From Glycera tridactyla (Eukaryota), in contig OZ286468.1 of the NCBI GenBank assembly GCA_965644265.1, positions 4,030,001-4,094,000 of the forward strand: 64,000 bases of DNA, given 5' to 3'. This document shows, piece by piece, positions 11,231-23,830 of this stretch (positions are counted from its first letter, which is position 1; every line of letters begins with the position of its first letter). The notes under the pieces are model-generated. The model was not told where the DNA came from and searched no databases. It was given only the letters and a program-made list of their open reading frames with translations. The position numbers and the translations under genes were made by a program.

Positions 11231-14200
11231 ATGGGCGGTAAGTCTCGGATCTGAAGAACTGTAGTAGGCTCATTTGAAAACCTCGGCATGCGATGGGAGG
11301 CATGGAACTGAGTGTTCTACTTTTTCGACTGAACTGACTATAGGTGGGAGCAGTCTGGGATTGAGTGTTGTTTAATGTCCTCTCGACAACACATGGGTCA
11401 TTCCGGATGAAGTGCACTCTCTCCTGAATCCTATTTCCGTTATCAAGCTATTTCATACGATGTGATGTATGGTGTGGGTAAGGCGTGTATGAACCGCCAT
11501 CTGTTCTGGCCCAAGAACTACAGAAGTTCCCCCTCAATGTGTGCTCACAATCTGTGTGGATAATCGCGGATGGCTGGGTACCATTACCTAAAAATTCGAG
11601 CGCGCGTCTCAATATAGCACATTTGCGGCGCTGACATGGCAAAACTACACCTATATTTCTATGATTTGGGCCCCCCATCAAACCGATATAATGTCTAATA
11701 AATGAACGATTCCACTGCTGGACGTGTCCCTGCATACGCAATACAGCGACAGCAATATCCAGCTCATTTGTCATCGCAGATTACCGAAATCCACCAATTT
11801 CACCAAATCGAGCCGAAATCCGGGCACAACTACCGGCAGACAGACCAATGCACCCAATTTCAGTGGGGTGCGTCCGTTCTTCCTTCTGTTGTTCCGCATG
11901 AGTATGGTTATGGTGGTATTGGTGGAGTTTGTACATTCGGTGAGATAGGGTGTAGTTCATATTTTGGCGGATGTAATATAATCTGATGCGGCGAGGGTTG
12001 GGGATGGATGATGGAGAGCGATCTGCTTGAGGCTGATAAACCTCAGAATGTGCAAGTATCACGAACATCAGGCAGGTGTGTCAATATCAGACAGGGAGCA
12101 TACATGTACACNNNNNNNNNNNNNNNNNNNNNNNNNNNNNNNNNNNNNNNNNNNNNNNNNNNNNNNNNNNNNNNNNNNNNNNNNNNNNNNNNNNNNNNNN
12201 NNNNNNNNNNNNNNNNNNNNNNNNNNNNNNNNNNNNNNNNNNNNNNNNNNNNNNNNNNNNNNNNNNNNNNNNNNNNNNNNNNNNNNNNNNNNNNNNNNNN
12301 NNNNNNNNNNNNNNNNNNNNNNNNNNNNNNNNNNNNNNNNNNNNNNNNNNNNNNNNNNNNNNNNNNNNNNNNNNNNNNNNNNNNNNNNNNNNNNNNNNNN
12401 NNNNNNNNNNNNNNNNNNNNNNNNNNNNNNNNNNNNNNNNNNNNNNNNNNNNNNNNNNNNNNNNNNNNNNNACCTCAGATATAGGAGGATCCCAGTCTGG
12501 TTCATAAACACCCAGTATTGACAGATGATGGGATATTGTAGAGAGATCACATATCTGTTGATCATCAGCATCTACAGTATCTTCAGGTCTACTGCATATT
12601 ATAGCACAACACCCCACCTAGTCTAGCAGCCGACCACTGAACCCAAAATTTTGGTCCACGCAATGTTTTTTGGTGGTTTCTAGGTCCCAAATGCCTACTG
12701 ATTGAGAAACTGCGTGATGCACCCGGAGCACCCTTGAGCAATTTGAGATATCCAAGATGGCCGCCAAGATGGCCGCCGAAACATAGAAATCCACATATCT
12801 TCATTACTATTCGACATAGAATCAGGATTTTGGGGTCTATTGCCATGTTTTCTTGGTCAGGGGATCCAAAAATGATGTGATAAATTAGTTTAAGACAATA
12901 TTGGGGGCTGTGGGCAAAAAAGTCGAAGTGACATGATAGTCTCAGGAGTCAATTTGTCGCAGATACATATATTCAGGATACAATGAACTGTATCATGTTA
13001 CACAAAATATGCACAACTCATACTCATTGATATGTTTATTCACTGAACAATATACAGAATAAAATAAAAAGTTGGCCTTGTTTCAATATCTCATCTTTAC
13101 ATACCAGGAGTTGCATCCACAGAAAATCGTAATTGCATTATAATGTTACATCATCATCAATATTTCAGGAGTATTGAATGCTGAACATGTCGCTTTGATC
13201 GAACATATTTTACACACAAATGCACATACATTAATTATAATGAAAAACTAAACAATAACCTCATTTACAATACATACAGTTTGCTTGGGGTAAAAAGTCA
13301 ATAAAATACTGGATAATAACCACAATGAAAATATGACCTAGTTTTCTTGGTGATGCATAGAATTGATTTCTCACGCATTAAAATGATGGGCTGCTTCATT
13401 ATTTGATTCAATGATCATTTCTCTGTTGAAACTGTACTGGACATATGCACATTATCGACATATTCTTGTCATATACATATATTAGACAAAGAGAGCGAGA
13501 GTGAGTCAGAGAAAGAGAGAGGAGAGAGAGAGAGAGGGACTGCTCATGCATTTATCAGGTCCTCAGCAATCTCCTCATCACTTTGCTCTTCATCATTATC
13601 ATCAACAGTAGCTGATTTTGACCATGGATTGTTGCAATTGTCAGACAATTTGCACTTACAGAATATAGTGCAAGCTATCTGTCCGGAAGTGCACTTGCAG
13701 CGTGCAGTTGAGCAAGCTTGGTCACTGGCACAATTGCAGTGGATTACCTCAAGGATTTCTGGTGGAGCTGGAGGCACATCATCAGGAATTGTGACTGGAA
13801 TCAATGAAGTAGAAGACACATCTTTATACCATCCATAGTGGGTGGGGTCCATCCTGGGAGGGTCCATGTCTAGGGCTGATTTCCATATACAGGTTTGGAG
13901 ATGTGCACGCTTTACATTTTCAGCAAATGCTTCAGTAGTTGGGGGGAGAGATTTCAGAGCAGGTGCACTACTAATTTTGCGCTTGGCTGTTTTTGCAATC
14001 CATGTGGCATAGCGGGTGTCTGACATGGTGGTACTTACTTTGCTGCCGTAACAAGCAGCAGCAAATTTGGTAGCTTCTTCTATGATTGCAGCCATATCTG
14101 CATGCTGTGTTCCAAGCTTGACCAGTTCATATCCTCTTTTGAGGACTTTGACAACTGTAGCCTTTCCAACACCCCACATGTAGGCAACAGTGTCACAGCC

Positions 14201-17200
14201 TGAAAGAGCATGGGCGGCCAAAATAGATGGTACAATGGAGGCATGCATTGTTGCAGATGTTCCAATATTGACAGAAGTGCGTTTTGTACTTGTTCCTTCC
14301 ATCACAAGATCACATCCCAAATTACTGGTCTGATAGTGATAAACAAGAAGCACAAATACATCAGTGTCATCAGATATGACTTTGATGCTTGATGCACCTG
14401 CATGAGCAGCAACCACCATTTGCTGGACCATGATCACATCTGCTTCCTCATGGGTGGTTTTGAGATCATTTCGTGATATGATGATTCCCATGTCAACTTC
14501 TAGTGGAACAGCATCAGATCCAGTAACAATGAGCCTATGGTTATAAATATTGCCATCAGCTTGTAGTTGCTGTGTTCGCTCCAGTAGTTGGGTACAGATC
14601 ATGTCAATCAACTGAACTTTATTCTCTGTCACATTCAGGGATACATGCTTGGGAGGGAGTGGGGTGCTGAGTGTCAGTCTATGACGCCGACTTGCCTGTT
14701 CACCAGTGCGACTGCTTCTAGCTGTATTCTTGATGCTATATTGAAAGTACCGATCAAAAACGAGATGGACATCACTCTGACACAGTTTACTCAAAATATA
14801 GGACAAAAATCCATCCACGATATCTTGTACTGTGCCATGAATAGGCCAGTGGAGAATCCAGAGGATGGCACAACCATCAATTATGCAAACTTTTGACTGC
14901 TGCAGAGTTCGACTCGATTGTTCAACTTGCAACTTTCTCTTGAGAGTTGATTTGGATTTTGTGATTCGCATAATCCCACTGTCTTCAAACATGGATGTGG
15001 GAATGGGTGCCAGTTCATGCTTGAAGACATTTTCAAGGCATATCTCTCGAGAATGCATCAATCCCATTACCCGTGAGTAAATCATTTTGTATCATATAGT
15101 GCTACTCCCCCAACTTTCACATGCTTTTTGTTGTTGGCCATAGTAACAACATCTTTCGTCAAAGAACTGTGAAAACTGTCAGGCCAGTTTGCCTCATATC
15201 TTTGTATTTGGTTGTTCCCAATCAAGACAGATTCATCAACATTCACTGACTGATGGCATATTTTGCCTGTGACAATATTGACAATTCCACTTGGGTGATC
15301 ATTGGTATCAAGGGGGTCGATGCATGCTTCCAATTTCTCTTGTATTTTGTCACGGTCCTTTCCATCTGAAGATATACGACCTGGCATTTCTTCCTTGTGA
15401 ACGATAACTTCTTCAGTCTTTGAACTTCCATCTGTCATCTCTTTGATGCCCTGGATGAGGTGGCTACATGTGTGAAGACTCAATGCCCACCGTTTCAATG
15501 CAGTCTGGTTCAAGGTTACACCAACAAGTCCTCCTGGTCCATGACCATAACGCATGAATGTTGTTTCGATGTACATGTCGGACCAAATTCCATTCCATAT
15601 GCCTGCCTTATGCCGCATCACATGCTCTCCCTTCAAAAATGCTGCGAACAAATCATCAGGAAGCCTCTCCATGGATCGCAAGTAATACAAGCCATATCGT
15701 GCGTAGTTTATATGACCAGCTGCAAAAAAATATGGCATCATTTTTCTAACAGCAGACAAATGTAGTAACCAATCAGCTTCACGTTCAGCGCGAATGAAAT
15801 TCATCATTATAAAGACTGGTTTTATGAGATTTTCAATCCACAATTTTGCTGTTCTGCTGACATCAGACTTTTCTTCAAGCTTGTTTAACAACTCAGTGTG
15901 ATCTTCAGTCTTCTGCACCATCTTATGTAGTAATACTTCAACCACTATTCCTAAAGCTCGTACATTCTGGGGAAATTTCTTTCCTGTAAGCATGTGTGCA
16001 ACTCCCCCAAATGCAGCTTTCATAACATCTTCCAACCCTGATTCTGACATCAAGACACCAACAGACCCAACAAAACTCATGAGCATATGCATACCACCCA
16101 AACGAGGAAAAAAATTGGGAAACATTTCTGGGTGAGCCCATAGAACATTGAGCATCACTCTGTATAATTGTTGATCAGCTGTAAAGACTGTGAATTCCTG
16201 CCCAGTCTGCCTTGTATGTCTCTGAGCTTCTGTCATAGCTGTCATCATGGTACTTGGATCGGATGGCACCATGTCAATGAGTGGAAAATACATAGCTTGA
16301 GTAGCAGGTTTGGTAGAATGTCCTTGCTCACGACAGACAGCTGTATTATAACCACCATATTCTGGAGTAGAAGGGCTAGAAATAATGTTTGCCAGAAACG
16401 CCATGTCTAATTCTTCTGCTCTTCGTACCACAATACTTTGCTGTGCTAATATCTTCAATGGCAGGATGAACCGTTTAGCTTCACCAGCTGGCATTTCAGG
16501 TTTTTTTGGGCCATTGTATACCTTTACTGGGACATCACTGACAATTTCATTTTTCAGGTCATCTTTTTTGAGCCGTGTGATTTTGTCTGACTGGTTATGA
16601 CTATTCATACTAGATTGTGGCTGTGTTAGAAGCAAAGCAAGAGCATGCGTTGATTTCAAACCATTTTGTGAGGAGATATTAGCGTCAAAATTATCTGCCA
16701 CAGCTTGCACAAGGCCAATACTTGCATCAGATATTATCATCTTTAGCTGCTGCCACTGCAGCTGAAGTCTTGAAGCGTAATAACTCATCATAGCTACAAC
16801 ATACACCAAAATCATAAAACTGCTCAAGTAAGTGTTTTTCTCTCAAAAATACTTCAAGGGCTACCTGCAGATCTGTCTGTTGGTTTCTGATGAGACTTGT
16901 AATAATGTTCCCAATTAAAATAGCTGGCAATGTGTGGTTGAGCTTGCTAGTTATACTCGATAACAGGGTCATCAGTGTTGGACTGATATCTTGGGCAGCA
17001 GTTTCACAGTTTATGTCAGTTCTGTATGAATTCCTGTCAAGGGGCACCTGGTTGGACTCCCTGAAAACTTGCTTGGCTACTTGTCTGACTGACATATCAT
17101 CATATTCATCTTCAGTGAGTCTAAGTAAAGTAGAAGCTTTACTCCTGAAAACAACAATATTTGCAAGACCTGCTGCTGAGAGTATCAACAAATCTTTTTG

Positions 17201-17519
17201 AAAATATTCTTCTATCTTTTGTAAAAGTGAAGCACGCGAGTGACAACAACCTTGATGTGACTGATAGAGTTCATAAAGTTCAATTGATGTCCAAATTCTA
17301 GATAAATCTGTTTTCATGACAGTCACCACTGAATCAAATGCATCATCCCCATCTGATGACATGTCATCATGCATAACTGTTGCTGCTGCATGCACTGATC
17401 GAGGAGCCATAAATTTGGCACGACAATCTCCATGGTATCTTGCATCAGCTGCATGCAAGTCACTGACGACAGACTGTAGCCGTACACGAACTTCTTGTGC
17501 TTGTTGATCTTTGCGATTA

Positions 17520-18688
17520 CAGAGATGCCACTGACCGGGGACCAAAAAACCTGAAAAAGCGCGTGAGACCAAAATTGCCATTCGCGACCTATTTCGCGCG
17601 CGCAGTCGCGTGTATATAATCAAGAATGTGCATAATATACATTTTTAACCACAAAATACAATATCCAGGCATATCTTAAATAGAAAAAATATTATTTTTA
17701 GCATGAAAATGGCCAAATCTCTTTAAGCCAATTCCATTTGAATCTGAATCTGTTCTTGATTTTGCCTTCAATGGCCAGTAAATCCGCAGTTCTGTCAACT
17801 TCCCTCTCCATGACATGCGTATAAAACGAATCCAACCATACAGCGAACACGTCTTAATCCGACTGAGACTGAGAAGAAAGTGATAAAATGGATACTAACC
17901 CGTTAATCGTTGTTTTATGACCTAGCAGAAGCCAAATTCCAACCCCCTCAACTCCATCTTTGATGCTGCATGCTCGAGATGTTGCCTCGATGACAGAACC
18001 CGGCTACGCATAACGCCGTCCGTATATTTGGTATAGTCAAAGAGGAATTAAATAGCGTCTGTAGGAGAGGCCAACAAAACTCGAGATGTTGCCTCGATAA
18101 CAGAACCCGGCTACGCATAACGCCGTCCGTATATTTGGTAAAGTCAAAGAGGAATTAAAAAGCGTCTGTAGGAGAGGCCAACAAACTCGAGATGTTGCCT
18201 CGATGACAGAACCCGGCTATGCATAACGCCGTCCGTATATTTGGTATCGTCAAAGAAGAATTAAAAAGCGTCTGTCGTAGAGGTCAGCAAAAATATCCAA
18301 CTGCGCAGTTTATGATGCGCGACGAATTGGAATGGGAAAACGTCTCTCTTGATGCTTAATTATATGTCGTTAACGGTTTTTACTACTCCTATCTCTCGGT
18401 GATTTCTGGATTATAAAGATTGGCCGCCACGTTAATCATCTCCTGCACAATGTGAAGTATTCATCACGGATTTGGCGTCTGTAGGAAGCTCCCTTTCTAC
18501 ACGTAATATCGCCCGTCCTTTCCTCGTGCTTCGCGATGGTTCCGATTTTCGTCAACTTTCTTCGATTTTCTCACGAAAAATGCGTATATTTGCCGATTTT
18601 TGGTCTGCCAGGTGGAAAAAAAGGAAAATGTCGTCGGAAAACGTAAAAAACCGGGATTCCGGTTTAAACCGGAAAAGTGGCATCTCTG
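17520..18688. mobile_element. Non-autonomous hAT-like element (1169 bp) inserted in the Academ ORF
   Basis: Perfect 13-bp TIR CAGAGATGCCACT/AGTGGCATCTCTG, with CGATTA on both flanks (17514-17519, 18689-18694). Removing it restores the frame ...LDVCDNR|KDQQAQEVRVRL.... Confidence 0.88.
17973..18290. repeat. Tandem repeat, 3 x ~107 bp, inside the hAT-like insert
   Basis: CTCGAGATGTTGCCTCGAT.ACAGAACCCGGCTA... starts at 17973, 18080 and 18186. Confidence 0.9.
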
Positions 18689-19458
18689 CGATTATCACAG
18701 ACATCGAGGATAACTTCCTTGAAGGTCTTTCGGTCAGGACCACGATCTGCAGTTCTGCATAGCATAGCTCGGCGCCACCGACTTGGATTCTTTGGATCTG
18801 GGTCCATGATACATTGTTCTCCACAGTAAATGCAGTGATCTTTGAAACTGAAATTTGCTTGATCTGAACGGCAGCTGCGTTTTGAAGGTTGGGGTGTTTC
18901 TGACAAGTTATCATCATGTTGGCGACGCTTCAAATAACGAGCAATATGGAATGATGATGTATATGATGAAACACAGTTTCTGTGGCAAACAACTGTCAAA
19001 TCATCATCTTCATCAAGCAATTTTTGCAGCTCAATATGTAACTCATCACACCGCAATTTACTAGATTCAATAATTTTTCGAACACGAGCAGGTCCAGCAG
19101 AAGCTAATGGCAAATCCTGACGACCACACTTGAAAACACAGTCCTTAGCCATCTTCCATGAGTTTGGATTTCCTACAAACATAATATTTTCAGTGATAGA
19201 TATACTGTCTTAAGTTCAGAATAATAACATTACTTAACCAACTCTGATGGCCCAAAAATTTAGTAACTCTACAATATAGAGCATTCACTTTTGAACTAGA
19301 GACATTGTCCAAACATTTGTCTTGTTAACTTGCTCACTATATATACAGCATAAGCAGGATTGATCAGTCACGAAACTTTGGCTTGCCATATGTCAACCAG
19401 AATATATGAAATCAGATGTCCAGCAAATAAAAATTTCAAATTCAATAATATTCCTTTC

Positions 19459-20215
19459 GATGCCAGAAATGCTAAATATCAGCCAGAGTTGGTATGGTAA
19501 TGTTGAAAATGTGTAACATGATTATTGCTGGTTGTTTGATGTGATTCTCAAAATTTACCAATCAAGAATGTTTAATAGTATCCAACATGTGCTGCCATAT
19601 ACAACGCAACAGAATAATGCTTTAAATGCAAGAGGAAGAATGTGTGAATTGCTTTAATTCATTCAGGATTTTAATATATATTAGCACTATATCTGCTCTA
19701 ACCATTGCGATGAATGTGAAGTGTATTTCTCCAGTAATGTGTTATTTAAAGAGAAGTTTTGATATTTTCAGTCTTGTTAACAGGTGAAGCAAGACCCACT
19801 AACATTCAGGGAGTGATGGATGAAATTAGATACCCATGAAACAAAACTATCAATTTCAAGCATATTTTTATGGATGCCAGAAATGCTAAATATCAGCCAT
19901 AGCTGGTATGGTACTGTTGAAAATATGTAGCATAGATATTGGTGGTTGGCTGATTTATTTCCTAAAATAGACTATTTGGGAATGTTTAATATTACCCCAC
20001 ATATGTTGTGATATACCATGCAGTAAAAGTGAGCTTTAAATGAGAGGGAAATGGTATGCACTCCCTTCTGATTCATTCAGTATTTCCGTATCTAATAACA
20101 CAGTATCTCGTCTGACTATTGAAATACATTCAAAGAGTATTTCTACAATAATGTGTCTTTGAGAGGGAAATTGTGATGTTTTTGGTCTTGTTAATGGGTG
20201 GAGTGAGACAGTCTC
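19459..20215. repeat. Diverged direct duplication (period ~414 bp) in the Academ 5' non-coding region
   Basis: GATGCCAGAAATGCTAAATATCAGCC at 19459 and 19873, with collinear similarity to GTCTTGTTAA at ~19771 and ~20185. Confidence 0.75.
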
Positions 20216-21129
20216 ATCTCCATGTGAGATGGAATTCCCCTTGTTAGTGTTCCACTGTACCTAATTCAACATAGAGAACTGGTAGCCTGACATACAGAAA
20301 ACTATGAAAATACCTCATAATGAAAGAAGAGTCTTGATATACATACCTTCAAACAATGAGTCAAGAATCCATGAAAAGCTTGATATCCAGGGAAATGAAA
20401 TCCAGAGTCAGTTGATGAATGGTGTGATGTAGGGTGGTCGCCTGCCCCCACATGCGTTGTTACAGGCAAACTCAGGGGTTTTTCCCTGGTCACAGGGGTC
20501 AACTACCCCACCCTCCCCTCCCTCTCCTCCTGCCACTTGCTCATTTGTGTTGGTTTAAGCATGAAAGAAGAGGGAGTGATTAACTCTCACCACGACACAT
20601 ATGGCATGCCACATGCCCAATACTTACAAAACACCAAACTTTCCTCCACAAATGTCCCTTTATTTCAAAATGCTCAAGGTTGCTAATGGGGCATCATGCA
20701 GTTTCTTGATCAGTAGACTTAGGTGATTGCAAAACAGCAAAAAAACATTGCGTGGACAAAAATTTTGGGTCAAGGGTAAAAACAGGGTTTGGCTGCTAGA
20801 CTAACCCCACATATGTCAGATAGCGGGCCTGAATCTGGTCACTTCACGGGAAACCCAAATCCCATTGATCCCAGAAGGAGGCGATATCGCACTCCATGTA
20901 GGGACCGTGGAGGGGGACCTAATGTATTTCTGTTTCAATCACTGCGTCTTGCTTAAAATGAGATCATTGAGATTCACCTGAGGTAAGTAGAGATGTGTGA
21001 ACTGTCAGCTACTTTCACTTGGCAATCATTCCGGTTCTTCACCATATGTTCAAATCATGCTGGAGTAATATCTAAATGTAAATGCAGTGGTTTAGAGTCT
21101 GGTATCCTCATCGAGCTCACCCGACTTTA

Positions 21130-21345
21130 CAGCTACATCGCTTGGCAGGCCTGTTCCCTGGGAGTATACAACCACTGACAGAATTATCTGCATTGGCTAC
21201 GCACTCTACAATCAACATCACTGCCTTTATGCCAAGTACCCATTCACACCTGGGTGAAGTGAAGTGGTAGAGTATAAAGGTTCCACTCAGTTACCTCCAC
21301 ACAGAAGTGCCTCCTAAGTGAGTGGCGCAGATCTTACAGCTTCCA
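21130..21345 (-). mobile_element. SINE-like fragment
   Basis: Minus strand contains CACCCAGGTGTGAATGGGTAC, a motif common in the central domain of many metazoan tRNA-derived SINEs. No head was recognised. Confidence 0.4.
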
Positions 21346-21797
21346 TGGATTAGGGACAGATGTCATACATAACCTTTTGGGTACATACATGATGTTAATC
21401 TCCAACCAAACCAAACCAACGAGGAATGTGGCGGGGGGGGGGGGGGGCGTACAACGGGGTGGGGATGATGTGGGTCTGGCGCGTGGGGTGAAGACGTTAT
21501 GTAGGCCAGTAGGTCAGTGTGTTCTCAAAACAAGACCCTGCTCCCCCCCCCCCCCCCCCCCTGCATCGTGAGTACAAGTTGGACAAATTGACAGAGCAAA
21601 CAGGACTGTAGTCCATACCAGATGTATCCCACAGTACCATTACCGTAGGAAACACAGCTATAGTCTATCCTCTTCAAAAGAGACTGGAGTGACTTTATAG
21701 ATCATAGAGTCAGCTGGTTCTTAATTCGGATGAGGGGGTGTTATTTTCCAATCCCTGCCTCTGATAGATTGTGATACATTTTGAACTGCTCAAGACT

Positions 21798-21799
<2 letters not shown>

Positions 21800-21881
<82 letters not shown>
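21800..21881. repeat. (CA)n microsatellite; similar CA/TG tracts at ~1063, 10521, 22860-23095, 26750, 27253, 30925 and 31592
   Basis: Direct reading. These tracts produce the HT/VC-repeat ORFs in the track. Confidence 0.95.
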
Positions 21882-21883
<2 letters not shown>

Positions 21884-22881
21884 GTCCTACACAGTGATCA
21901 AACTAGCTGCCCTAACAGTCAATCTGTTTGTTCTAACCAGTAGGGCAGGCCTTAGCGTAAAGCCCTGGATTATTGTGGCGCGTGAAGATTACTGTATTTC
22001 TTTTTATAATCTCAGAGAAGTGCATCCACGGTTAGCCATGTGTGTGTCTTGGGGTGGGCTTGGGGGTAGGAATGCCGCATCATCAATAAGATATGTGAGC
22101 AGGGCACCGGTTCCACTTCCCCCCCCCCCCCCCCCCTCTTCTCTAGCCTACTCTCCTGCCCCTGGCTGCCTTACATTCCAGACGCCGGCTGGGGTATCAT
22201 CGGCCTCTTCCTTCCCTTACCCTACCCCACCACCCTCCAACATTTTACATCACTTCCCACTCACAGAAACTCCCAGTGGCACCACTCTTAAATCCACCCA
22301 CCAGACTGAACCAGGGAAGACATTCCCGGGCCTTTCGATCAAAATGGATTTTATGCTGATTTTTTTGGATTTTAGATAATGAAAATCGGAACAGAATTAG
22401 TGGAAATAGAGCACAGAAATATAGTAGCCATTATAGTTGTTGGGGTTTTAGATCTACAGAATGCGAAATCTAAATGGGTTGAGATGATTTCTGGGATCGC
22501 CCCCCCCCCCTATCATTCTTGCACGATATATCTTGCATAGAAACGCTGAGTTTTTTTTGTAAAGAAGAGAATCGATCTACACTTGAAGAAAAATGATGAT
22601 ATTGATGAGAAATCAAAAGAAACGACGAGAGAACGCCCACCGGAGATGAAGATAAAGCTGGTTTTCCTGAGTGATGTCGCGCAAAAAATGCCAAGATTGT
22701 GGGCAGATAAAAAGTCATCATAACCTCAGAATCGCAATGGTTGGCATCTTCGCATCTTGGTCGGCTCTTCAGCGGAATCACAACCATTATGTTGCCAGGG
22801 GTGGGAATTTTCGGCGTCGTCATGGCAACGTTATCAAACATGCATGCGCACTCACACGCACGCATCCACACACGCACGCAT

Positions 22882-22941
<60 letters not shown>

Positions 22942-23659
22942 ACGTACGCACTCGCATGTACTCACTTACACACACACACACACGTCTTAGAGTTGCATTC
23001 CTCGGCGAGTTAAGAAACACACTTGGACACACACAGGCACGCACGCACACACACAGGCACACACACACACACAGGCACACACACACACACACACACCAAG
23101 CACATTCCTTGGCGATTGTAAAGACAGCTTGCATGTATCCAAGAGCTGAATGATATCCAATGTTCGGTGCTGGCACTGAACCAGGCTGATCTGTGTCTAC
23201 CTGCAAGCTGGAGTAAAACAATATGGGGGGGGGGGGGGGGTATGGAGGACAGGTGTGCGAGAGATAGGGGACAAGAGTGGGGGAAAAGACGTCAACTCCA
23301 GTTACGTACAATACGTCCGCATTACTCTATTCTGACGTCGGTCTAACCATGAAGGGAAACCTACTTGGTTAGCATCACCTGGGCAATATTGAGACGCCAA
23401 ACTAATGGGCATGGGTGGGATCATTCTGATCTGTTCCACTAGGCAGGGCGTGAAGAGGTGGCCTCCTGCCTGCCCGGGGCAGCTAGATGTCAAAGTGGGC
23501 AGGTTGATTTTGGATTCACCTGCCCAACAGACAGCGGGAAACTGATGTATGCAATAGACATATAGTGGGGACAGGCTGAATTTTTAATGGGGCTGGTAGA
23601 TTTGAAATATACCTGCCCATGGAGCAGGCATAGATGTCCAAAAATCGCAGCAGCGCCAA

Positions 23660-23830
23660 TTCAAAGAATAGCAGTGCCAGTATTTGCATTTGGAATAATA
23701 AGAATAATCCTGATTTTTCCAGGTAGCACTGCCTGTAAAATGCAAGAATTTTGGTCTAAAGAGAGTAGTTGCTACTCCCAAATCGTAGCAGTTGATATTT
23801 CTGACCAGGTAGATATTTGTGATGTATCCG
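23660..23830. repeat. Dispersed repeat; second copy at ~32790-32940
   Basis: Shared segment AGTGCCAG...AATAAGAA...CCTGAT.TTT...GTAGCAC..C.TGTAAAATGCA.GAATTTTGG.CTAAA.AGAGTAGTTG.TAC.CC.AAATCGTA.CAGTTG. Confidence 0.7.

Larger units (their letters stand above)
13544..19152 (-). pseudogene. Academ transposase-XPG nuclease gene (~1480 aa when reconstructed), disrupted
   Basis: Four segments: 19152-18689, 17519-~16730, ~16740-15082 and 15085-13544. Transposase motifs DLHAADARYH, AVADNFD, FTADQQLY, RLGGMHMLM, NYARYG and SDMYIE. FEN1/XPG PIN motifs IIDG, VFDRY, THEEADV, SDDTDV and the H3TH motif LSGCDTV..GVGK. C-terminal CNC..CSTARCKC..CTIFCKC. Disrupted by frameshifts at ~16730 and ~15083 and an insertion at 17520-18688. 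Confidence 0.9.
12619..20803 (-). mobile_element. Full-length Academ (AcademX-type) DNA transposon, 8185 bp
   Basis: Imperfect TIRs of ~130 bp, both starting TAGTCTAGCAGCC and sharing ACCCAAAATTTT(G/T)GTCCACGCAATGTTTTT and CTACTGAT..AGAAACTGC.TGATGC. Flanked by ACC at 12616-12618 and 20804-20806. Encodes the DDE + XPG + Cys-rich architecture described for Academ. Confidence 0.9.

Noticed and set aside
21771-23311. HT/VC-repeat ORFs here and at other CA/TG tracts, and poly-X ORFs over N gaps
   Set aside because: Artefacts of microsatellites and assembly gaps.
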